Virus record (IMG/VR): IMGVR_UViG_3300026484_000382
Location: 10,702 to 74,701 of that record
Length of the DNA stretch: 64,000 nucleotides
Reading direction: 5' to 3' (one strand)
Origin: a virus
Every line of letters starts with the position of its first letter. The stretch's first letter is position 1. Shown in pieces: positions 40,865-51,646 of the stretch. The notes beneath the pieces were generated by a model. The model did not search any database, had not been told where the DNA came from, and saw only the letters and a program-made list of their open reading frames with translations. The position numbers and the translations under genes are program-made.

Positions 40865-41218
40865 ATGGGAGATTTAAAAAGAGGAATTATTAACGAAAAA
40901 AAAGAAGATAAAGTAGAAGATTTAATTGTAAGCAAAAATGTTGGTTTACGATATGATTTAGCCATAGATAGAACAATTAGTGGAGATGTGGGCATAAGAA
41001 AAGACATTGATTCTAAAAAAGGTCTTATAAGAGGAACTATTTTAACAATAAATAAAAAAACGCCAAATGAAACAATAAATATTAATGGCATGTTGTTTTC
41101 AGATAAATTCTCAGGAGAGTATATTGCGAACAATATAACAAAAGAAGTTAGTGGGGGTGAAATATCTGCTCCATATAAAAACACATCAGTTGGATTTGTA
41201 GGTGTTTCTAATGGGTAA
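40865..41218 (+). CDS. Putative baseplate/tube-initiator protein
   Basis: Position after the tape measure gene; beta-rich. Confidence 0.4.
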   Translation: MGDLKRGIINEKKEDKVEDLIVSKNVGLRYDLAIDRTISGDVGIRKDIDSKKGLIRGTILTINKKTPNETININGMLFSDKFSGEYIANNITKEVSGGEISAPYKNTSVGFVGVSNG

Positions 41219-42929
41219 TATAACGCTTCAAGACAAAATGCCAAAAAAAACAAATGTTATCACAAGAAGTAGTATATCTCACGTTGCTACAACACAAGAA
41301 TTTTCACCAATAGGTGATAACAAAAAAATATTTTATTACGGAAAGGACATATCTTCTATTAATCTTACTGTGCAATCTTTAGACAAGAAAGGTTTTTCTC
41401 CTGACAAACAATTTAAATTATTTTCAGATGAATTCTCAGGAGAAATAAAATTAGATTCTATAAATGTTAATGAATATTCTGAATTACCATATACTATTAC
41501 ACAAATATCAGGGATAGGAAAAAGTAATGAACAGATAAAGGTAGTTAACTCTAACAATATAAAAATAATTAAAGGGTTAGAAGATATTTATAGTTTAAAT
41601 TGGCAAACAACATATACACCACATTTGGGAACAGGTTATAGTTTTAGTGTATCAGCTAAAACAAAAGAACTAGCAAATAAAGAAACATTTAGTTTTAGTG
41701 TAGGGGAAAAAACGTTTAATATAGGTAAAAAAAGTGCTAAATTATTAAATATAACAAAACAATTGAATAGAGTGTATTCAGGAGTAGCTATTTCTAAATC
41801 AGACCCTTTACCGCTAGTTTTATCAAAAACAGTAGTAATTTCTACAACTGAAAACCCTTTGTTATCTAATATAGTTGATGGGGATAAAGTATTATTTTAT
41901 TCAGCAACAAAAATAAATAATTTATTTCATACTTATATAAAAAAAGGAGATGTTGTAGGTTTTTTATCAGAACTTATAGGGAATGAGATAAAGATAACAG
42001 AAGGGAAAAACATTTCTCCTGTTTTACAAGCTTTAAAAAATACTTCTACAGCAGGTGGAAGTCTTGTAAATAACAGAATCAATGAGGCTATTACAAAATT
42101 TCTACAACCTAAAATTTGTACAGTTGGGGATATAATTTCCCAAATACTAAATTTTATAGGAATGGAATTTTATTATTCTTATCAAACTGATAGTTATACA
42201 ATAGACTCTCCTAGAATTTTATATTTTGAAGGCAACAAATCTGATATTACTTTATCAAAAGATGATGTTATTTCAATTAATTCTCACAATAACCTAGCTT
42301 CAACTCCATCATTAATGATACCTAATATAGATTTTAAAAATATGACACTTTCGAGTATAGCGCAAAATTGTTCACAAATGTTAGCAGGGTATATTTTAAA
42401 GAAGATGAGTAAGATTAAAGATTTGCCTGTTTTTAAAATAGAAACATTTAGTGTCCCTGAAATATTGTTCCCTGTTGAAAAAGAATTAAATAAGAAAAGT
42501 CTATTTGAAAAAATGAATGGATATTTTTCTGATGTCTGGTTATATTATGCTGGATTATCAATGAGAAGTGTTTTTTCTAATATAAACAATGGAAGCATTC
42601 AAATAGTGCCTAATTTTGATATAATAGAACCCCATAAATGGTATAAAATAGAAGATACTTGGTATTATGTGACAAGTATATCTATTTCTTTTAGTAGGGG
42701 TAGCATAATTATGAACTTGCAGTATTCTGGAATTTATGACCAGGATTTATACAAGATTCTTGATGAATTAAAACAAATAATGGGTAATAGTACTCAATGT
42801 GAAAAAACATTTAATGATTTTTTCAAAGACAAACATACGCCCTTTAACCAAAAAGTAAGTAATAAATCAAAACCATCAGAGGTGATTAAGGATATTAAAA
42901 ATCAGAATATTAAGCAATTAGATTTTTAA
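41211..42929 (+). CDS. Putative baseplate hub protein
   Basis: Position; C-terminal GSIQIVPNFDI...YYVTSISISFS pattern typical of gp27/gpD-like hubs. Confidence 0.5.
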   Translation: MGNITLQDKMPKKTNVITRSSISHVATTQEFSPIGDNKKIFYYGKDISSINLTVQSLDKKGFSPDKQFKLFSDEFSGEIKLDSINVNEYSELPYTITQISGIGKSNEQIKVVNSNNIKIIKGLEDIYSLNWQTTYTPHLGTGYSFSVSAKTKELANKETFSFSVGEKTFNIGKKSAKLLNITKQLNRVYSGVAISKSDPLPLVLSKTVVISTTENPLLSNIVDGDKVLFYSATKINNLFHTYIKKGDVVGFLSELIGNEIKITEGKNISPVLQALKNTSTAGGSLVNNRINEAITKFLQPKICTVGDIISQILNFIGMEFYYSYQTDSYTIDSPRILYFEGNKSDITLSKDDVISINSHNNLASTPSLMIPNIDFKNMTLSSIAQNCSQMLAGYILKKMSKIKDLPVFKIETFSVPEILFPVEKELNKKSLFEKMNGYFSDVWLYYAGLSMRSVFSNINNGSIQIVPNFDIIEPHKWYKIEDTWYYVTSISISFSRGSIIMNLQYSGIYDQDLYKILDELKQIMGNSTQCEKTFNDFFKDKHTPFNQKVSNKSKPSEVIKDIKNQNIKQLDF

Positions 42930-42982
42930 TTCCTTGACCATTTTGAATTATTATGATAAAATAAACAAAAAAAGGATAGAAA

Positions 42983-43354
42983 ATGGATTTACTAAAAGTA
43001 GCAAACGACCCATATGCGAGTTATTTAACAAAAACAGCCGCGGTGATCAGTGATTTTGAACAAGGAAGAATTACTGCTGATGAAGCGTTTGGAGCAGCTC
43101 AAGAAATGGGAATTGCACCACAAGATTTAGTTGCAGCTCAAGAAGTTTTATTTAAAGAAGCTTCAGAAAGTGCTAGCCTTGAAAAAGTAGCATCAATTGT
43201 AGATGACCCTTATTGCACACCACTTGAAAAAGTAGCAGCGATTGTAGACGGTATTGCTGCAGGAACTGTTGATTATGATGCAGGAACTCAAGTTGCAGCT
43301 CAATTAGGATTTGATGCTCAAGACATGGAATATATCTACGCACAAACTCACTAA
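42983..43354 (+). CDS. Acidic protein with five KxA sites and an internal duplication (scaffold/core-like)
   Basis: LLKVA, LTKTA, LFKEA and LEKVA twice; promoter TTGACC-17-TAAAAT. Confidence 0.7.
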   Translation: MDLLKVANDPYASYLTKTAAVISDFEQGRITADEAFGAAQEMGIAPQDLVAAQEVLFKEASESASLEKVASIVDDPYCTPLEKVAAIVDGIAAGTVDYDAGTQVAAQLGFDAQDMEYIYAQTH

Positions 43355-43366
43355 GCTAACCTAAAA

Positions 43367-43394
43367 AAAAGGAGGGTGCTTATACCCCCCTTTT
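43367..43394. terminator. Probable bidirectional intrinsic terminator
   Basis: AAAAGGAGGGT-gcttat-ACCCCCCTTTT between convergent genes. Confidence 0.6.
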
Positions 43395-43502
43395 AAGAAC
43401 CATCAAAATAAATAAAACCAACTTAACTACTAATTTAACTGAATCAAGTATAGTTTTTTTTAATATCATGATGGATGCACTAGGCTTACTTACATCAAAC
43501 AT
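43380..43502 (-). CDS. 40-aa hydrophobic peptide
   Basis: AAAGGA SD; MFDVSKPSASIMILKKTILDSVKLVVKLVLFILMVLKRGV. Confidence 0.4.
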   Translation of the reverse strand: MFDVSKPSASIMILKKTILDSVKLVVKLVLFILMVLKRGV

Positions 43503-43577
43503 TTTATTCCTTTATCTTAAATTTCTCTTTTAATATAGAGATTCCTTTGATAAGGGCCTAGTGCACAAATATATAAC

Positions 43578-44300
43578 TTATTTTGTTTTAATATTTTGAG
43601 TTGAAGAATTGCTTTTAACTAATATTTTAGTGTTTGGCGTAATGTGTTTTGTAGAGTTTGTTTGGTTTATTCTATACATTTCTGAAGTCGATAAAGTTGT
43701 GGGGTTACTAGCTGGTTTCATTCCTGGGGTTATGTTGATAGTTTGTTCAACAATATTATTAGGCTTATTATTACAATCAAATAAATCTTTTTTTGTTTTT
43801 GTTAATTCATTTTGACATTTAGTTAATTGGTCTAGCTCTTTATAACACAAATTACAAACTGTATTTACCCCAAAACTCTGATTTATTTTAATTATTTCAT
43901 TGTCTTCAATCTCATTATAAGAAGCAAAATAAAATCCATATTTTAATTCTGTTAATTGACCTCTTATGTTTTTTGTTATTGACTCCCAGGACAATGAAAG
44001 ACCCTCTTCGCTGTTGAAAGCAGAATAAATTATCCTTTTTTTCCCATCTCCATATTTTAAAACAACGGCATCAGTTTTTTCGTCGGAGAATACTATTTGA
44101 ATTAAAATATACCCGTTTTTATATGGTGGTTGTATTGTTAGAATAATATAATTATCTCTTTGCAGTGATGGTATAATTTCTGTTCTGTATGTGTTATCAT
44201 CAAAAAAATAAATAGCATTATTTGTTTTGTAAAACTTACTATCTACAATTATTGATTTTTTTTTGTCTATAGGTAAACAAGGAGCAAAAGAAAAACTCAT
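43578..44300 (-). CDS. Hypothetical protein
   Basis: Start coupled to the stop of the upstream gene (MSFSFAP...). Confidence 0.5.
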   Translation of the reverse strand: MSFSFAPCLPIDKKKSIIVDSKFYKTNNAIYFFDDNTYRTEIIPSLQRDNYIILTIQPPYKNGYILIQIVFSDEKTDAVVLKYGDGKKRIIYSAFNSEEGLSLSWESITKNIRGQLTELKYGFYFASYNEIEDNEIIKINQSFGVNTVCNLCYKELDQLTKCQNELTKTKKDLFDCNNKPNNIVEQTINITPGMKPASNPTTLSTSEMYRINQTNSTKHITPNTKILVKSNSSTQNIKTK

Positions 44301-45352
44301 TGTTCTTGTTTCTCTTTTTTGTGTTTTACCCATAATTCAGGTAATTTAACTAATCCATAACCTAACATACCTCCCCATAAAGCTTTACCAGCTGTATGCC
44401 CAAGTAATGACTTATCTAACACAGGACTACCTTTCATTCCTTTATATAAATCAATATCATCACTATTGTAGCCATGTTTTATTTTTGACATCATATTAGG
44501 CAGAAGATATTTTGATAAAGAATGTAATAGTTTTTTTGAACCTTTGGCTCTTTCCCCCGCTTTAGACCATACTTCACCTTTTTTTACATCTTTTAATTCA
44601 TTTTTATCAAAGTAAGTGTCTGGGGTTGAACCAACAGATTTGTAGGCTCTTCCTAATAGTCTTAAAGTTAAAGGTTCTACTCCAGCACCTATTGCCATAC
44701 CTGCTCCACTTAATACTGCAGGAGAAAGAACATTTTCTTCTTTATTGTCTAATTCGGCTGTTGCTGCTGAATTAGCTCCTCCCATAACAGCCATTGGAAC
44801 AAAACCTTTAAGAAATCCTTTTCCCCTAAAGGAACTTATAACACCGCCCATTACACCTCCAACGCCTCCACCGAATAAAGCGGCTTTACCTACATCTTCC
44901 TGGCCTTCTTTTCTTTTTCTTTTTTGTTCATCAAGTTCATCTGTTGCTAATTCAGCAGACCTAGATAAACCAGCTGTTTTCACAATTAAATAATTACCAG
45001 CAGAACTTTGTTTTACCAAATCTATCTTTTTTTTTAAGTATTGGTTTGAAACTCTTTTACCTGCTAATAATTTCCTTGCTTCAATAGCTTTATCTACCTT
45101 TTTATTATTGGATACTTTACCATATGCTCCACCTGCTGCTGCACCAGTTCCAATGTGAGCAAGTGTGCCTATTAATCCAGTTTTCTTACTTCTTGCTGAA
45201 TCAAAAATCCTCAACCCAAGCCCACCAACAAGGGCACCTTTATATGCTCCTTCTAGCACAGGTTCAACGTCTTTCCTTGTGTGTGGGTAGAGAGCATCGG
45301 CTTTAGCTTGTTCTTCAAGAATGTATCCATCAATACTTCTATTTTTATCCAT
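44297..45352 (-). CDS. Multi-glycine-zipper membrane-like protein with internal KxA site
   Basis: GALVGGLG, GTGAAAGGAYG, GGGVGGVMGG, GAGMAIGAG and WGGMLGYG helices; YLIVKTA site. Confidence 0.65.
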   Translation of the reverse strand: MDKNRSIDGYILEEQAKADALYPHTRKDVEPVLEGAYKGALVGGLGLRIFDSARSKKTGLIGTLAHIGTGAAAGGAYGKVSNNKKVDKAIEARKLLAGKRVSNQYLKKKIDLVKQSSAGNYLIVKTAGLSRSAELATDELDEQKRKRKEGQEDVGKAALFGGGVGGVMGGVISSFRGKGFLKGFVPMAVMGGANSAATAELDNKEENVLSPAVLSGAGMAIGAGVEPLTLRLLGRAYKSVGSTPDTYFDKNELKDVKKGEVWSKAGERAKGSKKLLHSLSKYLLPNMMSKIKHGYNSDDIDLYKGMKGSPVLDKSLLGHTAGKALWGGMLGYGLVKLPELWVKHKKEKQEQ

Positions 45353-45369
45353 TTTTATATCCTTAGAAT

Positions 45370-45777
45370 TTATCTAGACAAACTTCCTGCTGTTTGAATG
45401 TATTTTAATGCTTTTTCTGTTTTAGAACCTCTATTAATATCAGCAATAATTTTAGCTGTTGCTAAATCAACATTACCACCATATTGATGAATTTGATATA
45501 TAGCATCTGCCATCAATTCTTTATTATCAGCCATTCTAGGAGATAAAGTATAAACTGCTCCAGCCCATGCTTTTAATTTACTGTCAGACACTTCTCCTAA
45601 CTCTGGATGTTTTCTTTTAGCATATTTAACAATACTATTTAATCTAATCTTAAACATTAAATCATCTGTTTGCTGAATTACCTTTTCAGCTCCTACTAAT
45701 GTTGCCGTTGTTCCACCTACTGTCATAGCAATATCTTCTAATTTACTTTTCTCAGCTATTTTTTCTAAATAAGACAT
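45370..45777 (-). CDS. KxA-leader head-associated protein (MSYLEKIA)
   Basis: Leader motif; own promoter and SD. Confidence 0.6.
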   Translation of the reverse strand: MSYLEKIAEKSKLEDIAMTVGGTTATLVGAEKVIQQTDDLMFKIRLNSIVKYAKRKHPELGEVSDSKLKAWAGAVYTLSPRMADNKELMADAIYQIHQYGGNVDLATAKIIADINRGSKTEKALKYIQTAGSLSR

Positions 45778-45843
45778 TTGAAATCCTTTTTTTGTATTAA
45801 TTATAACATATTTTGATATAATATTTAAAAAAAGGATTTTGTA

Positions 45844-47109
45844 ATGTTGAATACGAACGACATATTAGATTCATTTAAAATGATAAATCCAAAAATAATA
45901 CAAAAAACAATAGACAAATACACAACTATATATAAAAATAAGTATCCCCAAATTGATTTTTCAAAACAAGAAAATATAGATTTTATTGTAATGCCTGTAG
46001 TTGCAGCTGAGCTTACAATAGAACTAAACAAAAATAAATTATTATCAACTAATACAATAAATGGTGTTATAGACTCAAACATGACAGAAGATGAAAAACT
46101 TTCAGCATTAAAAGCATATGCTAAATTAATAGGATTTAAACCTATTTCTAATTCGTGGGAGAATTTGTATAATGAAATTATTCAATTTACACAAAACAAT
46201 TGGTACAATCTAAAAACACCTATCTCTAATTTTATTTTAAACAAGTTTAATTATATTGAAAACATATACATATCTGATAGCAATTCTTCAGAAATGGTAA
46301 GAAATAGAGTTTACTATATCCAAATACCTGGTATGAAAATAAACACATTTGAACTATCAGACAACAATCAAACTAATTTATTTAATTACGCTTTCTCTAT
46401 AGATGATTATGAAAAATACAAAGCAGCAAAAGAAGGCGGTTTTTTCAGTTTACCTAGCTGTATAGATTTATATTTATTTACAGAAATAAAAGAAAGTACT
46501 TTAAAAGTAACTCCTATTGATAATTATTTTTCTTTGAAAGAAGGCTATTATGTTAGTGTAGAATGTGATGAACATCAAATAATCCATTCAAATTTTAATG
46601 ATAAAAATGTTGATGGAATTATTTTTTGTAAACCAAGATTTTATGTTGATACAGAAGAAGAAATAGAGATTAAAATAAGAGAATACATTCTGCCCAATAA
46701 AGACGAAATAAAAGTAGACGAGCTAGTTACTACATCCGATATTTTAATAAAAGCACCTTATCCAATCTTTATTTCACTACTTTGTTACAGTTCTGAAAAA
46801 TATTCTTCTTCCGATAAAGAAAATATGAAAAACATTTTAAATGAGTATCTTAAGTCGAAACATAGAAATCCTAAAGAGATATCTTTGAAAGATATGTCTA
46901 ATGTTTTGTTAAGTAATAATTATAATGTAGATTTGCAGCCAAAAGTAAATATAGAATTATATCCTTATATAAATTATCAAGTTAAAAAAGAAGCAATTTT
47001 TCCATTAACAAAAAAAGACTACAGATTAAACAATGCTGATTTATATAACCAAATTTCAAACAATACATCTGTATTCTACATAAAGGATATAAATGTTATA
47101 CCAGAATAA
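45844..47109 (+). CDS. Putative baseplate wedge protein (J-like)
   Basis: IDFIVMP N-terminus; SEMVRNR and CIDLY segments; divergent promoter. Confidence 0.5.
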   Translation: MLNTNDILDSFKMINPKIIQKTIDKYTTIYKNKYPQIDFSKQENIDFIVMPVVAAELTIELNKNKLLSTNTINGVIDSNMTEDEKLSALKAYAKLIGFKPISNSWENLYNEIIQFTQNNWYNLKTPISNFILNKFNYIENIYISDSNSSEMVRNRVYYIQIPGMKINTFELSDNNQTNLFNYAFSIDDYEKYKAAKEGGFFSLPSCIDLYLFTEIKESTLKVTPIDNYFSLKEGYYVSVECDEHQIIHSNFNDKNVDGIIFCKPRFYVDTEEEIEIKIREYILPNKDEIKVDELVTTSDILIKAPYPIFISLLCYSSEKYSSSDKENMKNILNEYLKSKHRNPKEISLKDMSNVLLSNNYNVDLQPKVNIELYPYINYQVKKEAIFPLTKKDYRLNNADLYNQISNNTSVFYIKDINVIPE

Positions 47110-48865
47110 TCAAAATAGTATATTGTTTTATTCCTTATTGGGAGACTATTATATATATATGTATAAAAAAAATGAAAAAAGCGACTGTATAAACACAGGG
47201 ACATCTATTTTGCTTGAAGAAATATTTGAAGACACTTCACATATAATAAATAGTAGTTTTTTATATAAAAATACAACATCTTTGTTTTTTATAGGAACAA
47301 TAGAGTATATTGATAGTAATACAATTAGATACTTTGATATTAATGGAAAAGAAATAAACCCAACATCCGTATATATATTAAATAAAGAAAATGATATTAT
47401 TTTTAACACTTTAGAGCAAGATGAAATAATAAAATATTTACAAAAAAATAAACTTTCGTTATCTCTTATTTATTATACAAAAGAACAAAAACTAAATGCA
47501 GATGAAATAGCTGCTATGTTTAATGTAACAGATATAGATGTAAGTAAGTTTATTGCGTATTTAATGTATAAGATGATTCAACATAATGTTTACAATAAGA
47601 AACTAGTTAACAATTTAATAGCAATATATTTCAATACCCCATTCTGTTTAACAGAAAAAGAAAAGATATTAAAATATCAAGACGGAAAAGTTATTACAGA
47701 TGTGAATGAATATGAAATAATTCATGATGTATACATAAAGAAAAAAGGTGATATTAAATTTGGAGAACCTTTATATTATATATCCAAGATTAACAATTCA
47801 AATTCTAGTGTAATCAATAATATTATTGATAAAATGTTTTATATCGATAACTATTCAAATGCTTTTTATTTGAATAAGCTAAAAACATATGTAACATCTA
47901 CCTTTCTTAACGCCAGTATATCTGTTGATGTGCTTATTCAGAATCCAAAAAAAGGAACCGTATTAGCAAATATTTTTAGAAATATTTCTTACATAGATGC
48001 TTCTTTAAATACCTACAAAGAGAAAGAGGAAGAAATTAAGGTTTCGCTTGAAAGTAATTTGAAGTTAATAGAAAAAGGATTATTTGAAGCAAAAGAGACC
48101 ACAGTAATAACAACACATTATTATGATGAAAATGTTAATGCTGTTACATTATTAGATGAAAAACTTAAAATTATAGAGAAAGGGAAAGTAGATACACTTG
48201 AAACTGAATTCAAGAAAGGTATGTCCCTAGAAAAAAATATAATAGATGCAATAGGAGAAGATAAAAACAAAGAATATGTAAAAGAAAATTTATCAAGTGT
48301 TGAAAATTCAAGATTAACAGCATTATGGGAAAAATTTAATTTAAAAAATTTAATAGAAAAAGGTGTTAAAAAAATTATCTATAGTGATACTTTAAAATAT
48401 CCAAAAAACGATAATTTAAAATACAAGTATGTTATTACTCCTACATACAATGTTATTGAAAAATACATAGAAAATATTAGTTATTTTGCTTTTGATTTTA
48501 CCACATTGCCTACTGACGATATTTTAACAAAAATATATGATATTAATACCCCACATACTTATGAAACCTTAAAAAAACAAGGGCTTGTTGAAAGAAGTGA
48601 AAGTAATAAAATGAAAGGGAAAGAAACATTAAAATATTTGTCATTATCTCTTTTTAGTGGAACAGAATTGACTAAAAACAAGACTACTATTGATAGGTCT
48701 CTTTTAAGAACCAGGGATACATTAGGTGGAAACGTTTATTTAAACAAAGAAGAAGTTAACAATCTATTGTCATCAAACAAATTAAGCAAAAAGATTTCTA
48801 ATGTGTTTATACAAAAAGACGAATTAACAATGGACAGTAATACACTAATAGACGAGAAAAAATAA
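47093..48865 (+). CDS. Putative baseplate wedge protein
   Basis: Follows the J-like gene; C-terminal LKxIEKG-type repeats. Confidence 0.45.
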   Translation: MLYQNNQNSILFYSLLGDYYIYMYKKNEKSDCINTGTSILLEEIFEDTSHIINSSFLYKNTTSLFFIGTIEYIDSNTIRYFDINGKEINPTSVYILNKENDIIFNTLEQDEIIKYLQKNKLSLSLIYYTKEQKLNADEIAAMFNVTDIDVSKFIAYLMYKMIQHNVYNKKLVNNLIAIYFNTPFCLTEKEKILKYQDGKVITDVNEYEIIHDVYIKKKGDIKFGEPLYYISKINNSNSSVINNIIDKMFYIDNYSNAFYLNKLKTYVTSTFLNASISVDVLIQNPKKGTVLANIFRNISYIDASLNTYKEKEEEIKVSLESNLKLIEKGLFEAKETTVITTHYYDENVNAVTLLDEKLKIIEKGKVDTLETEFKKGMSLEKNIIDAIGEDKNKEYVKENLSSVENSRLTALWEKFNLKNLIEKGVKKIIYSDTLKYPKNDNLKYKYVITPTYNVIEKYIENISYFAFDFTTLPTDDILTKIYDINTPHTYETLKKQGLVERSESNKMKGKETLKYLSLSLFSGTELTKNKTTIDRSLLRTRDTLGGNVYLNKEEVNNLLSSNKLSKKISNVFIQKDELTMDSNTLIDEKK

Positions 48866-48923
48866 AATAAATTGCAAAATAAAATATTTTATGCTACAAT
48901 AAACAAAAAAAAAGGATTAACAG

Positions 48924-49328
48924 ATGAGAGCATTTGACCTTATCAAAACTGCAGGTGCAGAATATGGATACGACGAACAAGACAATGAAGGACTATCTCC
49001 AGTAGCTAAAGCAGCAATCGCAGCAGGGCTTCTTACAGCAGGTGGAGCAGGATTAAAATATGGTGGTCCTAAATTAGCAGACCACATGATGGATAAAGTT
49101 AATAAATTAGGCGATGAAAGTGAAAAAATTAAAGCAATGTTAAAAAAGAAAAAAGATGATAAACCTCTTTATGAAAATGCTAGTAAGGCTAAAGAAGCTT
49201 TAAATAAAAAATGGCAAAAATTAAAAGAGATCGGTGAGCACAAACATGGTGGGAAAGCACTTATTGGTGGAGGTGTTACAACTGCAGCTCTTGCTGGAAC
49301 AGATTACTACCAAAGAAATAGAGGGTAA
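48924..49328 (+). CDS. KxA-leader protein (MRAFDLIKTA) with two Gly/Ala helices
   Basis: Promoter TTGCAA-17-TACAAT; similar to 11866..12303. Confidence 0.75.
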   Translation: MRAFDLIKTAGAEYGYDEQDNEGLSPVAKAAIAAGLLTAGGAGLKYGGPKLADHMMDKVNKLGDESEKIKAMLKKKKDDKPLYENASKAKEALNKKWQKLKEIGEHKHGGKALIGGGVTTAALAGTDYYQRNRG

Positions 49329-49415
49329 TCTCTCTTTTCTTCTCCTATTATTTTCTTTACTTACTTCTTTTAATAAAATCAAAATTATGCTACAATAAAT
49401 AAAAAAAGGATTACA

Positions 49416-49877
49416 ATGAATTCAAAAAGTTACTTTTTATTTAAAACAGCTGATGACAATAATAATGGTGTTGGGACAGGAACTATTGCAGGAGGTGCTT
49501 TAGCATTAGGTGGGCTTGGAAGTATGGGATACGGACATAATTTAATTAATAAAGCTACACCTGATACTCCACTATTTTCAAAAGGAAACCAACTTGGTAC
49601 ATTAGGATATGGTGCTGCAAATATCCAACAAACTAAAACAATTGGAGAAGCAAATACAAAAAAAATTAATGATTTTGTTGAGTTTAATGGTGGAAAAGAA
49701 AAATTTGATGTTAACAATCTAGATGAAACAGGAAAGAAGACATATAATAAAATGTTAACAGAAGGTGAAAATATAGCTAATTTAGGAAAAGGTTCTAAAT
49801 TTATGCATTATGGGAAAATTGGTGGACTACTTGGTGGTGGAATGATGTTAGGATCAATGCTAACCAATAATAATTAA
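49416..49877 (+). CDS. KxA-leader protein (MNSKSYFLFKTA) with glycine-zipper helices
   Basis: GTIAGGALALGGLG and GGLLGGGMMLG; own TGCTACAAT box. Confidence 0.75.
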   Translation: MNSKSYFLFKTADDNNNGVGTGTIAGGALALGGLGSMGYGHNLINKATPDTPLFSKGNQLGTLGYGAANIQQTKTIGEANTKKINDFVEFNGGKEKFDVNNLDETGKKTYNKMLTEGENIANLGKGSKFMHYGKIGGLLGGGMMLGSMLTNNN

Positions 49878-49889
49878 AAAGGATATAAA

Positions 49890-50144
49890 ATGAAGATAGA
49901 ACAAATTTCTGAACTATTAGAAAAAACAGCTGCTCATATAGAGATGCTTGAAAATGAAAACAATATGTTAAGAAAAAAATTAGAAGAAAGTGTTTCTGCA
50001 GTTAATTTAAACAAAGAAGCTTCTTTTGATTTTTCAGATGTAGTAAATAACGACTATGATTCTTTAGGGCAACCTTCTAATTATTCCCCGAGTAATCAAC
50101 TTTCTTCTGGGCAAAAATTAGAAGAGTTCTTAAATAATTTATAA
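49890..50144 (+). CDS. Small scaffold-like coiled-coil protein with KxA sites
   Basis: LLEKTA and LNKEA; upstream of the capsid genes. Confidence 0.6.
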   Translation: MKIEQISELLEKTAAHIEMLENENNMLRKKLEESVSAVNLNKEASFDFSDVVNNDYDSLGQPSNYSPSNQLSSGQKLEEFLNNL

Positions 50145-50230
50145 AAAAACTCTCTATAAATAAGAGCATTTCTTATTTTTGTTTTTTTTGTATAAAATAA
50201 TGGTAATAAAACCAAAAAAAGGATAAGCAA

Positions 50231-50617
50231 ATGAAGAATATTGATATTGTAAGAGGTTATAGAACCTTTAGTCATGAAGACTTATATGATGCTGATGCAA
50301 CTGTAACAATTGTGCCGGGAGATGTTATAGGTCTTGACGGAAACAAAATAACATTAGAAAAAACGCATAAAGAAGCTGGAATCGCTCTTGAGTCAAACAA
50401 AGATATTGCTGGTAATAAACCAAGTGGAAAAATCCCAGTATGTGTTAGTAATTTTGTTGTAAGATTTTATAGACCGGTTCCGGATGAGGTTAATTTAGGT
50501 GATCCTGTTACAGTTATTGATGGAAAACCATCTAAAACAGACGATGACCATACGGTAATTTGGGGATATGTTACAAGAATAGACGAAACATCTTTTGATG
50601 TTAGAGTAAATTATTAA
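50231..50617 (+). CDS. Putative capsid decoration/cement protein
   Basis: 128-aa beta protein directly before the major capsid gene. Confidence 0.6.
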   Translation: MKNIDIVRGYRTFSHEDLYDADATVTIVPGDVIGLDGNKITLEKTHKEAGIALESNKDIAGNKPSGKIPVCVSNFVVRFYRPVPDEVNLGDPVTVIDGKPSKTDDDHTVIWGYVTRIDETSFDVRVNY

Positions 50618-50634
50618 AAAAAAAAGGATAAGAC

Positions 50635-51570
50635 ATGAGTATTAATGTAGAAACTCCAGTAATTCAACAAAACACAGGGTTAATTAAAGCAGCTTATGCT
50701 GGTGGTGACCTTTTAAAACAAGCTATGGATAACAGCACATACTTTATTAGGGATAAAGTAAGAGAACTTGGTTTTGCTAGAAAAGTGATTGAACCCATTT
50801 TTGTTACAAGTGCAGATTTAGATAGAGTTCCAAACAATGAACAACCTGCTATCATCTTAGAAAAAGATATCGAAAGTAAAGGGATGACAGTGCCATTCAG
50901 AGGGCAAGGAGAACAAAGATATTGGGAAAGAGAAGACATGGTTGTTAATTTCCAAAAAATTGAATCAGAAAGAATTAACAAATCTAAATTCGAAATGATG
51001 ACTTCTAAAACTCCATATACTGAAGTTCTTAAAAAAAGAATTGTTGAAGAAGTGCAAAAAGTTGAAGATGAAACTTTAATGAACGGATTTAATGCTATCA
51101 TAGAAAAAGCAGAAGAAGAAGCTCCTGGTACACAATATCAAGAATTAGAAGGTGGATTAAATAAAACAAACATTAAGATATTAATCCAAATGCTTTCAAG
51201 ATTAAAAATGATTCCACCAACAGGTCCAAAACCAAAAATCTTAATGACACAAAACCTTAAATTAGAACTAATTGAATTAGGTATGATTGAGATTGGTGAT
51301 TCTAATGTTGGAAAATATTGGAATGAAGGTGTAGTTGGGGTAGATAAATTATTCAATATCCCTGTAGTATCTACAATTAAAAATGATTTAGTAAAAGATG
51401 ATGAAGTGTTTATTATTGCTCCTCAAGATTACTTCGGAAGATTCTTTATTTTACAAGACCACACAATGGTTATTGAGACTAAAGCAGATATGATGAATAT
51501 GTATACTTATGCTGCTATGGGAATGGGATTCGTTAATACAAAAGGTGTATGTAAGATTAAATTATCTTAA
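50635..51570 (+). CDS. Major capsid protein (HK97 fold)
   Basis: IRDKVRELGFARKVIEP...EEVQKVED backbone helix; KILM, LFNIPVVSTIK and YAAMGMGFVN; strongly biased codons; LLKQA site near the N-terminus. Confidence 0.8.
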   Translation: MSINVETPVIQQNTGLIKAAYAGGDLLKQAMDNSTYFIRDKVRELGFARKVIEPIFVTSADLDRVPNNEQPAIILEKDIESKGMTVPFRGQGEQRYWEREDMVVNFQKIESERINKSKFEMMTSKTPYTEVLKKRIVEEVQKVEDETLMNGFNAIIEKAEEEAPGTQYQELEGGLNKTNIKILIQMLSRLKMIPPTGPKPKILMTQNLKLELIELGMIEIGDSNVGKYWNEGVVGVDKLFNIPVVSTIKNDLVKDDEVFIIAPQDYFGRFFILQDHTMVIETKADMMNMYTYAAMGMGFVNTKGVCKIKLS

Positions 51571-51646
51571 TCTTACTCCTCTTTTGGAATTATTAAGAGA
51601 TATTTATTTATATGTTTTAATAATTCACAAAAAAAAAAGGATAAAT

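Noticed and set aside
30122-48865. Tail cluster as a tailocin, eCIS or T6SS
   Set aside because: Capsid, prohead protease, neck and RNAP genes are present and there are no host housekeeping genes, so this is a phage genome.
48924-49877. Gly-rich leader proteins as double-glycine bacteriocins
   Set aside because: The leaders end in KxA rather than GG/GA, no peptidase ABC transporter or immunity genes are present, and the motif is shared with capsid and protease proteins.
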